Positions 9,801 through 18,321 of a stretch of 64,000 bases of DNA are shown here, piece after piece. The stretch spans positions 1 to 64,000 of the forward strand of contig JANRJK010000046.1 of assembly GCA_033764015.1 (NCBI GenBank), written 5' to 3'. The first letter of the stretch is position 1. Each line of letters opens with the position of its first letter. Source of the DNA: Candidatus Sumerlaeia bacterium (GTDB lineage: Bacteria > Sumerlaeota > Sumerlaeia > SLMS01 > JANRJK01). Below the pieces are notes generated by a model. It had not been told where the DNA came from. It did no database searches and was given only the letters and a program-made list of their open reading frames with translations. The translations under genes were made by a program, and so were the position numbers.

Positions 9801-10919
9801 ATGGCGATGCACAACCCGAACGAACTTCGTGAAAAAAGGAACATTCTCCGGACGCTCTTCGTCCTCGGAGCCCTCGTGTTCTTCATCGTGGGCCTCGGCG
9901 GCTACGTCCGCCTCTCCGGGTCCGGCCTCTCGATCCCGCACTGGCCCCTGATCAACGGCAGCCTCCTCTGGCCGCAGGACGAGCCCGGGTGGGAACTCCT
10001 GATGGAGCAGTACCACGAGGACGTCGCCGGGCTGACGATCCCGAAGGTCCCGGGACGCACCGAGATGGAGCAGTTCCGCGTGATGTTCTGGATCGAGTAC
10101 TCGCACCGCGCCGTCGCCTCGGTGATCGGCCTGGTGTGGCTGGTGCTGCTCGCGCAAGTCCTCATGTACCGCGAGGCCGGGCGGCCGTTCCGTTCGTGGA
10201 CCGTCGGCATCGGCATCATGATCTTTCTGCAGGCGCTGCTCGGCGGGCTCGTGGTGCTCAAGCAGCTCCCCGCGGAGAAGGTGGCGCTGCACCTCACGAC
10301 GGCATTCGTGATCCTCGCGGCGATCCTTTGGACGATGCTCAAGATCATGCGGCCCGCGCAGGCCGGCGCCGGACCGAATCCGCTGCGCTGGTGGGCGCGG
10401 CTCGCCGCCGGCGCGACGCTGGCGCAGATCTTCATCGGAGGCCTGGTCGCCGGTAGCGGCGCGGGCTACATGATCAACACCTGGCCCAAGATGGGCGACC
10501 ACTGGGTGCCTCCCGGCATGTGGTCCGAGACCTTCCAGCCGATCGTCCTGAACCTGCTCGAGAACCAGATCACCGTGCAGTTCATCCACCGCTGGTTCGC
10601 GGTGACGGTGGTGGCGGTGATCGTCGCCATGGTGTTCCGGTCGTTCACGCTCGGCGTCAGCCCGGTCGCGCGCTGGTCGCTCCGGCTGGTGGTCGGAATC
10701 GTGACGCTCCAGTTCATCCTCGGTGTGCTGACGCTGCTTTGGGCGGTGCCGGTGCACATGGGGCTGACGCACCAGATGGTGGGCCTCGTGCTGTTCGAGG
10801 TGCTCGTTGTGATCCTTTACGAAGCCACGCACCGCGTCGTTGTGACGGAGGAGCAGCAGGCCGCCACCCTCGAGGCATCCGAACAAGAAATCGAGAGGTC
10901 TCGTGCGGTTACTGCGTGA
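9801..10919 (+). CDS. ctaA: Haem A synthase, Cox15/CtaA family
   Basis: GGYVRLSGSGLSIPHW, FWIEYSHR, LH, NTWPKMG, QFIHR, THQ; eight TM helices. Confidence 0.93.
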   Translation: MAMHNPNELREKRNILRTLFVLGALVFFIVGLGGYVRLSGSGLSIPHWPLINGSLLWPQDEPGWELLMEQYHEDVAGLTIPKVPGRTEMEQFRVMFWIEYSHRAVASVIGLVWLVLLAQVLMYREAGRPFRSWTVGIGIMIFLQALLGGLVVLKQLPAEKVALHLTTAFVILAAILWTMLKIMRPAQAGAGPNPLRWWARLAAGATLAQIFIGGLVAGSGAGYMINTWPKMGDHWVPPGMWSETFQPIVLNLLENQITVQFIHRWFAVTVVAVIVAMVFRSFTLGVSPVARWSLRLVVGIVTLQFILGVLTLLWAVPVHMGLTHQMVGLVLFEVLVVILYEATHRVVVTEEQQAATLEASEQEIERSRAVTA

Positions 10920-11775
10920 TTTCCTGGCGCTGACGAAGCCGACCATCAGCCTGCTGGTGGTGATCACGGGCGCCGCGGCGCTCGTGTGGGAGCGCTCGCT
11001 CGCGCGCGACCCGCTCGCGTTCCTCGGCGTGCTGCTCGGCCTGTTCCTGGCCTCCGGCTGCGCGAACGGGCTGAACCAGTACTTCGAGCGCGAACGCGAC
11101 AAGCTGATGACGCGCACGGCCAAGAAGCGCCCCCTGGCCAACGGACGCCTGTCGCCGGCGGCGGGGCTCGCCTTCGCAGTCGGCTGCGGCGTGGTCGGCG
11201 TCTCGCTCTTCGCCGTGTTCTACAACCTGCTTTCGGCGGCGCTGGCGCTGGCGACGATCCTCTTCTACGCGTTCTTCTACACGCTCTACCTGAAGGCGGC
11301 GACGCCCCAGAACATCGTGATCGGCGGCGCCGCGGGAGCCATGGGGCCGGTGATCGCCTGGGCCGCCGCGGCGGGTACGCTGGCGTGGGCGCCCGCGCTC
11401 ATGTTCCTCATCATCTTCTTCTGGACGCCGCCGCACTTCTGGGCGCTGGCGCTCTGCCTGCAGGACGACTACAAGGCGAGCAACCTGCCGATGATGCCGA
11501 ACGTCGTCGGCGAGGAGGCCACGCTGCGGCAGATGTTCGCCTACTCCGTGGTGCTGGTGCTGACCAGCCTCGCGATGCTGTTCACGGAGGCGGGGATCGT
11601 CTACATGGCGGTGGCCGCGGTGACCGGCGCGCTCTTCCTCGCGAAGCTCGCCCAGTCGATGCGCGCCCGCACGGTGAAGAGCTACTGGGGCGTGTTCGGC
11701 TATTCGATCATCTACCTCTTCGCGCTGTTCGTCGCGATGATGGTGGATTCGGCATGGAGCACGCCGCTCCTGTGA
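10903..11775 (+). CDS. ctaB: Protohaem IX farnesyltransferase (haem O synthase)
   Basis: LTKP, NQYFERERDKLMTRT..RPL, QNIVIGGAAGA, FFWTPPHFWAL, DDY...LPMMP. Confidence 0.96.
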   Translation: MRLLRDFLALTKPTISLLVVITGAAALVWERSLARDPLAFLGVLLGLFLASGCANGLNQYFERERDKLMTRTAKKRPLANGRLSPAAGLAFAVGCGVVGVSLFAVFYNLLSAALALATILFYAFFYTLYLKAATPQNIVIGGAAGAMGPVIAWAAAAGTLAWAPALMFLIIFFWTPPHFWALALCLQDDYKASNLPMMPNVVGEEATLRQMFAYSVVLVLTSLAMLFTEAGIVYMAVAAVTGALFLAKLAQSMRARTVKSYWGVFGYSIIYLFALFVAMMVDSAWSTPLL

Positions 11776-11800
11776 GCGGCGGATAGGAGGTCCGCTCCCG

Positions 11801-12442
11801 ATGGACGCTTTCGACCACAACCCGCACAGCGAGACGCGGCCGGACCGCGTCGCCGCGAAGGGCACCACGCGCACCCTCGCGATCCTCGCGGTGATCGGCG
11901 TCGGCATGTTCGGCTTCGCCTTCGCCAACGCCCCGCTCTTCGTGATGATCTGCCGGAAGATCGGCCTCATCGCCGAGGCGCCCAAGCAGACCGACGCGGT
12001 CGACGCGCCGGACGCTTCGCGGCCCCTCCAGGTGTACTTCCTCGCCAACTCCAACGGCCTGCCGGTCTCCTTCTCCGTCAAGCGCGCGGTGCAGGACATC
12101 GCGGTCGGCGAGCGCGCGATGAACGAGTACCGATTCGTGAACCTGAGCAACGAGCGCATCTACTTCCGCCCGGTCCACGACGTGTCGCCGGTCGATGCGG
12201 GACGCGACGAGATCCTGCACCTCGAAGCGTGCTTCTGCTTCGACGAGCAGGTGATCGAGCCGCGCCAGGAGTACGTGCTGCCGGTGATCTACCGCTTCGA
12301 TCCGGCGCTTCGCGGCGAGGTGAACCGGATCACGATGTCCTACACGCTGTTCCTCAGCGACCGGGTATCCTACGAGAAGTTCCACGCGGCGCGGAAGAGC
12401 TCGGCCCGCGAGGCCGCGGAGGCGTCCGATGCCCCCGGCTGA
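11801..12442 (+). CDS. ctaG: Cytochrome c oxidase copper chaperone, Cox11/CtaG family
   Basis: N-terminal TM (GMFGFAFANAPLF..IC), CFCF Cu-binding motif, ITMSYTLF. Confidence 0.88.
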   Translation: MDAFDHNPHSETRPDRVAAKGTTRTLAILAVIGVGMFGFAFANAPLFVMICRKIGLIAEAPKQTDAVDAPDASRPLQVYFLANSNGLPVSFSVKRAVQDIAVGERAMNEYRFVNLSNERIYFRPVHDVSPVDAGRDEILHLEACFCFDEQVIEPRQEYVLPVIYRFDPALRGEVNRITMSYTLFLSDRVSYEKFHAARKSSAREAAEASDAPG

Positions 12443-12674
12443 GGCCACCGCCGCCAAGCACAGCGAGAGCACTATCCCCGCCGCGGACGATCCGCAGGCG
12501 ATCGCGGAGGAGCGGGTGCTCGTCGCCCAACAGCGCCAACGCTCGCGCCGCTTCGTCTGGTTCCTCGTTGCGTTCGTCGCCTTGGTGGTGACACTCACCT
12601 TCCTCGCGCTGATCTTCACCGGATTCAACCCGTTCGCGGACAACCAATCCTACCTCCGACTGCGAGACGCCTAA
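12429..12674 (+). CDS. Small single-TM protein, possible oxidase accessory subunit
   Basis: 81 aa with one hydrophobic helix; fills the gap between ctaG and subunit III with overlapping or close spacing. Confidence 0.6.
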   Translation: MPPAEATAAKHSESTIPAADDPQAIAEERVLVAQQRQRSRRFVWFLVAFVALVVTLTFLALIFTGFNPFADNQSYLRLRDA

Positions 12675-12681
12675 CCCCGCC

Positions 12682-13488
12682 ATGTCCTCTCCCGCCGCGG
12701 CCCACGGCCACGCCCACGACGAAGAACACATCCACATGCCGTCGCCGAGCATCTGGCCGTTCCTGGCCGGGCTCGCGCTGCTCTTCGCGCCGGTGGCGGT
12801 GATCCTCATGGGGCACGGGCGCCCCGACATCGGCCTGCCGCTGCTCGCGATGGGCACCGTGCTCGCCGTCGTCCCCGGCATCGGCTGGTGCGTGCAGGTG
12901 ATCCGAGAGAAGGCCGAGGTGGACCTGTTCCAGTCCGCCAAGGACCTGTCGATGTCCTGGAAGCTGTTCCTCGTCTCCGAGGCGGCGATCTTCGGCGCGT
13001 TCTTCGGCTACTACTTCGCCATCCGCTGGGCCGCGGGCCACAACTGGCCGCCCCCCGGCTCCCCCCACATCGATCCCGTGATCCCGATACTCGGCACGGT
13101 GATGCTCGTCACGAGCTCGTTCACGTGCGAGCTGGGGCACAAGGCGCTCGTCGCCGGCAAGCGCGCGCTCTGCAAGAACTGGACATACGTCACGATCGCG
13201 CTGGGCCTCGCGTTCCTTTCCCTCCAGGCCTACGAGTGGGGCTACCTCGGCGCCTACGACCAGTTCAAGATGGGGAACAACGTCTTCGCGACCTGCTTCT
13301 ACATGATCACGGGCTGGCACGGGTTCCACGTCATCACGGGGCTGCTGATGCTGATCATGGTCTACGCGCGGCTCGAGGGCGGCGCCTTCTCCCGCAAGCG
13401 CCACTTCTCCATGCTCGCCGCGAGCTGGTACTGGCACTTCGTCGACGTGATCTGGATCCTGGTGCTCTTCTCGATCTACCTGCTCTAA
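12682..13488 (+). CDS. ctaE: Cytochrome c oxidase subunit III
   Basis: PSIWP, LFLVSEAAIFGAFF, WPPPG, FYMITGWHGFHV, WYWHFVDVIW. Confidence 0.95.
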   Translation: MSSPAAAHGHAHDEEHIHMPSPSIWPFLAGLALLFAPVAVILMGHGRPDIGLPLLAMGTVLAVVPGIGWCVQVIREKAEVDLFQSAKDLSMSWKLFLVSEAAIFGAFFGYYFAIRWAAGHNWPPPGSPHIDPVIPILGTVMLVTSSFTCELGHKALVAGKRALCKNWTYVTIALGLAFLSLQAYEWGYLGAYDQFKMGNNVFATCFYMITGWHGFHVITGLLMLIMVYARLEGGAFSRKRHFSMLAASWYWHFVDVIWILVLFSIYLL

Positions 13489-13491
13489 GCG

Positions 13492-14331
13492 ATGGCGGAG
13501 CCGCGGCGCCACGCCGACCCGCTCGACCTCGCGAACGCGCTCCCGCCCGGGGAGCGCGTTCTTCTTTGCCTCGACTACGACGGCACGCTGGTGCCCTTCG
13601 AAGACGACGTGCGCCGCGCCGCGACACCGCCGGAGGTGCGCACGCTGCTCGCGGACCTCGCCGCGGAGCCGCGCTTCTCCGTCGCCATCGTCACCGGGCG
13701 CTCCATGGACGACATCCTCGCGCGCCTCGACCCGCCGGGCGCGAGCCACGCCGCCGAGCACGGCAAGGACGTGCGCCACGCGGACGGCTGGGCGCGGCGC
13801 TTCGAGCCGGAGCCGGAAGTGCAGGCGGCGCTGGACCGCATCGTGGCGCGCTGGGGCGCGCTCGCCGCGGAGGACCCGCGCGTCTTCTTCATGCGCAAGC
13901 CGGCGAGCGCGACGCTCTCCAGCCGGCGCTTCCCCTCCGGCGCCCGGGCCGCGCTCGAGGAACGCGCCCGCGCCTGCGGAGCCGAGGAGGCCGCCGCGGG
14001 GCTCGTGCGCTTCACCGAGGGGCAGGGGCTCGTCGAGCTGCGGCCGCGTGGCGGCTGGACCAAGGCCACCGCGGTGGCGATGCTCGCGGAGCACGAACGC
14101 GCCACGCGCGGCGCCGCCACGCGGGTGCTCTTCATCGGCGACGACCGCACCGACGAGGACGCGCTCGAGGCGCTTTCCGCGCTGGCGCCGGCGACCGGAA
14201 TCCGCGTGGCCGCGGACGCGACGGTTCCCACCGCGGCCGACCATGTCCTCGCGGACGTCGCGGCGGTGTTGGCATTCCTTCGGGAGCTGCGGCGCCTTAC
14301 TTGGGCGACTCGAGGATCCGGATCAGGATGA
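13492..14331 (+). CDS. otsB: Trehalose-6-phosphate phosphatase (HAD-IIB)
   Basis: LDYDGTL, IVTGRS, AEHG, VELRP...K, FIGDDRTDEDA. Confidence 0.85.
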   Translation: MAEPRRHADPLDLANALPPGERVLLCLDYDGTLVPFEDDVRRAATPPEVRTLLADLAAEPRFSVAIVTGRSMDDILARLDPPGASHAAEHGKDVRHADGWARRFEPEPEVQAALDRIVARWGALAAEDPRVFFMRKPASATLSSRRFPSGARAALEERARACGAEEAAAGLVRFTEGQGLVELRPRGGWTKATAVAMLAEHERATRGAATRVLFIGDDRTDEDALEALSALAPATGIRVAADATVPTAADHVLADVAAVLAFLRELRRLTWATRGSGSG

Positions 14332-15100
14332 TGGTGATGTTGTCGTGCCCGCCCGCTTCGTTGGCGGCGCGGATCAACTCCTGCGCGCAGTCCTCGAGAT
14401 CTGGGTTCGACAGCATGATGCGCTTCAGGTCCTGGTCGTCCAGCAGGCCCGAGAGGCCGTCGCTGCAGAGCAGGTAGAGGTCGTGCGGCTTGAGCTCTTC
14501 GGACTGGACGTCGACTTCTACGTCGGGGCGGTGGCCGAGCGCGCGCGTGATGACGTTGCGCCAGCGGTGGTTCTTCGCCTCTTCCGGGGTGATGATCTTG
14601 CGCTGGAGCTGCTCGTTCACCCAGGAGTGGTCGAGCGTCAGGAGCTGTATCTCGCCGTTGCGGACGCGGTAGCAGCGCGAGTCGCCGACGTGGGCGATGG
14701 CGGCCTTGCTGTTGGCGGCGTCGAAGAGCATGCCGACGACCGTGGTGCCCATGCCCTGGAACTCGCTGTGCTCCTCGGCGAGCTTGTGCACGTCGCGGTT
14801 CGCGAGCCTCACGGCGGCGGAGATGCGGTTCTCGTGGAGCGAGAGCTTCGGGTCGAAGAGCTGCGGGGCCGTGTCGTCCTCGGTCTCCGGCTCGCCCTCC
14901 TGGCGGAGGTACTCGACAATGCGTTCGATCGCGCGGCGGCTTGCGACTTCGCCGGCGCTGTGCCCGCCCATGCCGTCGGCCACGATGAAGAGCCCCATGT
15001 CGGGCACCACCGAAAGGCAGTCTTCGTTGTGGGCGCGCTTGAGTCCGCGGTCGCTGAGTCCTGCGGCGCGGATTTCAAGTCCACGGGTGGCCGTGTCCAT
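14297..15100 (-). CDS. PP2C-family Ser/Thr protein phosphatase (Stp1/PrpC-like)
   Basis: GLKRAHNED, VADGMGGH, GMGTT, HVGDSR, TLDHS, LCSDGL, GGHDNIT. Confidence 0.95.
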   Translation of the reverse strand: MDTATRGLEIRAAGLSDRGLKRAHNEDCLSVVPDMGLFIVADGMGGHSAGEVASRRAIERIVEYLRQEGEPETEDDTAPQLFDPKLSLHENRISAAVRLANRDVHKLAEEHSEFQGMGTTVVGMLFDAANSKAAIAHVGDSRCYRVRNGEIQLLTLDHSWVNEQLQRKIITPEEAKNHRWRNVITRALGHRPDVEVDVQSEELKPHDLYLLCSDGLSGLLDDQDLKRIMLSNPDLEDCAQELIRAANEAGGHDNITIILIRILESPK

Positions 15101-15303
15101 TCACTGCTCCCTACGTAGGAGGGCTCCTGCCAATCGTCCCGCAACGATTCTCAACCCCGCGCGGGTGATGCAAGAAGTTCCCGCAGGGTCGAAGGCGCTC
15201 GACAGCTGCCGGCCCCGAGCCGCAGACGGGATGTCAAGCGTTCGGCAGCAGCGATGCGCGCCGAGGAGCGCGCATGCCGACCACCCGCAACGGAGACTTC
15301 GCC

Positions 15304-16233
15304 ATGAGGTGCTGGATCTACGGATGGAGATTCGACGAGCTGGGTGCGAATGCCGGAAGCGAGGGGCTGCCAACAGACCTCTCCTTCGGAACTTCGTTCC
15401 GCAAGAGAGGCGTCGCTATCGGCGACCGAGTGTACATCGTCGCGAACGGCCATGGGGAGCTGTACTTGGCCGGGCGCTTCGAGGTGCAGCGGATCGCCGT
15501 CGGCCGCGAGCAGTTTCGCGAGGTGCTCGGCGAGGAGTTCGAGTCCGCCTACGGGCAGGAGATGATCTACGGCGGCGACACGGGAACACCGCTATCGCTG
15601 GGAAGAAGGATCGATTCAGCTCTCCTCAGGGACTTGCACTTTGGGGGTCCCGGCGCGGAGAAGCCGCTCGTCTTCAACCCGAACGGGAAGCTCGACCCGC
15701 AAACCATCCGCGGGCTGCGCGAACTCCCTCCCGAGACCGCGGAGTTCTTCGACCGGGTCCTCGCCGCGTCGGACCACCGGGTCGCGCCAGGTGAGGATTT
15801 CCTGCTGGATGCCGCAATGCTTGGGGCCCAGCCCGGTGCAAAGTCGGCGGCAACGGCCGACGTCGAGGACGACTCCGAAGCAACTTCCGAACTCTTCTTG
15901 GAGGGCAGAGAACTTCAACGCATCACGCGATCGCGGCAGCGGAGCGAGGAAGCGAGGCGGCGTTGCATTGAATTGAAGGGCCTCGATTGCGCCATCTGTG
16001 GCTTCAACTTCAAGAACGCATACGGTGAGTTGGGCGAAGGCTTCATCGAAGTGCACCACTTGCGCCCCATCGCTGAGGCGGGGCCGGGCCGCGAGGTGGA
16101 CCCTATCAAGGATCTGGTGCCCCTTTGCTCGAACTGCCACCGCATGGTGCACCGGGGGAATGAGTGCCGCGACCTTGAAGAACTGAGGCGCGCTTACCTC
16201 GAATCGAAAGGGCGGGAGCGCGAGGACAGATGA
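15304..16233 (+). CDS. HNH endonuclease (McrA-like C-terminus) with uncharacterised N-terminal domain
   Basis: CAICGFNF...YGELGEGFIEVHH..P...DLVPLCSNCHRMVH. Start could also be 15274. Confidence 0.85.
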   Translation: MRCWIYGWRFDELGANAGSEGLPTDLSFGTSFRKRGVAIGDRVYIVANGHGELYLAGRFEVQRIAVGREQFREVLGEEFESAYGQEMIYGGDTGTPLSLGRRIDSALLRDLHFGGPGAEKPLVFNPNGKLDPQTIRGLRELPPETAEFFDRVLAASDHRVAPGEDFLLDAAMLGAQPGAKSAATADVEDDSEATSELFLEGRELQRITRSRQRSEEARRRCIELKGLDCAICGFNFKNAYGELGEGFIEVHHLRPIAEAGPGREVDPIKDLVPLCSNCHRMVHRGNECRDLEELRRAYLESKGREREDR

Positions 16234-16236
16234 GCC

Positions 16237-16908
16237 CTACGCCGCCCCCGCCAGCATCCGTAGCGCCTGCCAGACGAAGCGCAGCGCCACCGCGAGGATC
16301 AGAAGCCCCCCTGCCACCGAGACGGCGGCGAAGAAGCGCGCGCCGATGCGGCTGCGCAGCGCCGACAGGACGCCCGTGAAGAACAGCACCCACGCCAGGC
16401 ACCCCGTCAGCACGCCCACGCCCACGATGAACACCTCGCGCGGTTCCGGGACGCGCCCGGCGAAGACGACGGACTGCGGCACGGTAGCCCAGAAGGCGAT
16501 GGTCATCGGGCTGAACGCGGTCATGGCGAGGCCGATGCCGTAGGCGCGCAGCGCGGCTTCCGGCGCCGCGCCGGCGGGCGCGAGCGCGGCGAGCTCCTGC
16601 GCCCGGGTGTTGCGCCCCCGCCAGGACTCCCACCCGTCCTTGACCGCCGCCCACGCGAGGCGCCCGAGAAGGAAGCCGCCGACCAGGAAGACCACGAGGG
16701 TGACCGCGCGGTGCTGCATCAGCGGCGCGAGGCCGAGGCCCGTGGCGAGGATGTAGAGGAAGTCGATGGTGACCGCGCCGAGGCCCACGGCGAAGCCGCT
16801 GCGCCAGCCGTCGCGCAGGCAGCGCCGCGAAATCTCCATGTTGAGCGGCCCGAACGGCACCGCCACCGCCAGCCCCGTCTGGACCCCGAGCAGGTAGGTT
16901 CCGAGCAA
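16237..16908 (-). CDS. LysE-family translocator
   Basis: AVPFGPLN..I, GFAVGLGAVTID, SPMTIAFW; six hydrophobic helices. Confidence 0.88.
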   Translation of the reverse strand: MLGTYLLGVQTGLAVAVPFGPLNMEISRRCLRDGWRSGFAVGLGAVTIDFLYILATGLGLAPLMQHRAVTLVVFLVGGFLLGRLAWAAVKDGWESWRGRNTRAQELAALAPAGAAPEAALRAYGIGLAMTAFSPMTIAFWATVPQSVVFAGRVPEPREVFIVGVGVLTGCLAWVLFFTGVLSALRSRIGARFFAAVSVAGGLLILAVALRFVWQALRMLAGAA

Positions 16909-16914
16909 GCGGCG

Positions 16915-18321
16915 CTACGGGGCCGGGTTCAGCCGGGGGAGGAATTCCGCGCCGAAGCGCTCCGCCAGCTTCGTCTGCCGGCTCTCCAGCGGGATGTCGC
17001 GTCCGCCGATGATCACGTGGCGGATCGGGGTCGCGGGCTGGAGCGGGTCGCCCTCGGCCACCACCAGGTCCGCGCGCTTGCCCACGGTCACGCTGCCCAG
17101 CTCCGCGTCCACGCCCCACACCTCGGCGGCGTTGAGCGTGAGGCCGCGCAGCGCGGCGTCGTAGGGGAGGCCCCAGGCGACCGCGAGGCCCGCCTCGTAG
17201 GGGATGTTGCGGACGTTGTGCGTGCGGTCCGCGGCGACGAAGGCGATCTTGACCCCCGCCTCGTGGAGCAGCCGCGCGTTCTCGTAGATCGCGCCGAGCG
17301 TGTCCATGGCGGCGGGCTGCTCCGTCGTCGCGAGGACCACGGGCACATCGCGCCGGGCGAGGAGCCCGCGAACCTTGTACGCCTCCGAGCCGCCGACGAG
17401 CACCGCGCGCAGCTTGAACTCCTCCGCGATGCGCAGCGCGGTCTGGATGTCGTCCAGGCGCTCCGCGTGCATGGCGACGGGGATTTCGCCGCGGAGCGCG
17501 CTCGCGAGCGCCTCCTTGCGGAAGTCGCGCGCGGGGGGCTCCGGCGCCTCGGGGGGCTCCGGGCGGTCGCCGCGCTCCGCCTCCGGCTTGCGGCCCCACT
17601 CCGCCAGTTTCGCGTTGTGCGCCTCGAGCTTGTGGTAGTGGCGCGCCACCTTGTCGGAGTGCCGTTCGAGCGACTCGGCGTACTCGCGGGCGGCGGTGAA
17701 CTCGCCGCGGATGTACGCGGCGAGGCCCATGCGCGTCATCGGCATCTGGTCCTTCCCGCCGTAGCGCACCTTCGGCGCTTCGCCCAGCGTGATGTGCAGC
17801 GCGGCGGGGCTCTTCACCGTCGTGTCGTCCACGCTCATGCCGTCGAGCGCCATCACGGCGCTGCGCCCGGCGAAGACGTTGCCGCCGGAGGGCGCCGCGA
17901 GCACCGCCGTCACGCCGTTCATGCGCGTCACGGGGATCAGCTCCGACAGCGGATTGTAGGAGTCCATCGAGAGCACCTGCGCGGTGTTCTGGTCGGTGCC
18001 CTCGTCCGTGTCGTCGGTCACGTCCACGGCGGAGACCTCGACCAGGCCGAGCTGCGAATAGCCCGCGAAGAAGCCGGGATAGACCGTCAGGCCTGCGCCG
18101 TCGATGCGGTTGGCCCCGGGCACGCGCGCGGCGTCCGCCTCGGCGACCTCGCCGACGGCGGCGATGCGCCCGTCTAGGACGAGCACCGACGCGGACTCGA
18201 TCGGTTCGCGGTCCACGGGCACCACGCGGGCGTCGCGGATCAGAAGGTCCTGCGCGGGGAGCGCGGGCGCCAGGAGCGCCAGCGCGGCGAGCAGTCGGGC
18301 GGTGCGGCGCAAGCGGGTCAC
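16915..18321 (-). CDS. Exported amidohydrolase-family protein with degenerate metal-binding motif
   Basis: GTG start overlapping the upstream stop; signal peptide; IDGAGLTVYPG, GEAPK, TRMG, GSVTVGKRADLVV; HxH replaced by YSQ. Confidence 0.88.
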   Translation of the reverse strand: MTRLRRTARLLAALALLAPALPAQDLLIRDARVVPVDREPIESASVLVLDGRIAAVGEVAEADAARVPGANRIDGAGLTVYPGFFAGYSQLGLVEVSAVDVTDDTDEGTDQNTAQVLSMDSYNPLSELIPVTRMNGVTAVLAAPSGGNVFAGRSAVMALDGMSVDDTTVKSPAALHITLGEAPKVRYGGKDQMPMTRMGLAAYIRGEFTAAREYAESLERHSDKVARHYHKLEAHNAKLAEWGRKPEAERGDRPEPPEAPEPPARDFRKEALASALRGEIPVAMHAERLDDIQTALRIAEEFKLRAVLVGGSEAYKVRGLLARRDVPVVLATTEQPAAMDTLGAIYENARLLHEAGVKIAFVAADRTHNVRNIPYEAGLAVAWGLPYDAALRGLTLNAAEVWGVDAELGSVTVGKRADLVVAEGDPLQPATPIRHVIIGGRDIPLESRQTKLAERFGAEFLPRLNPAP

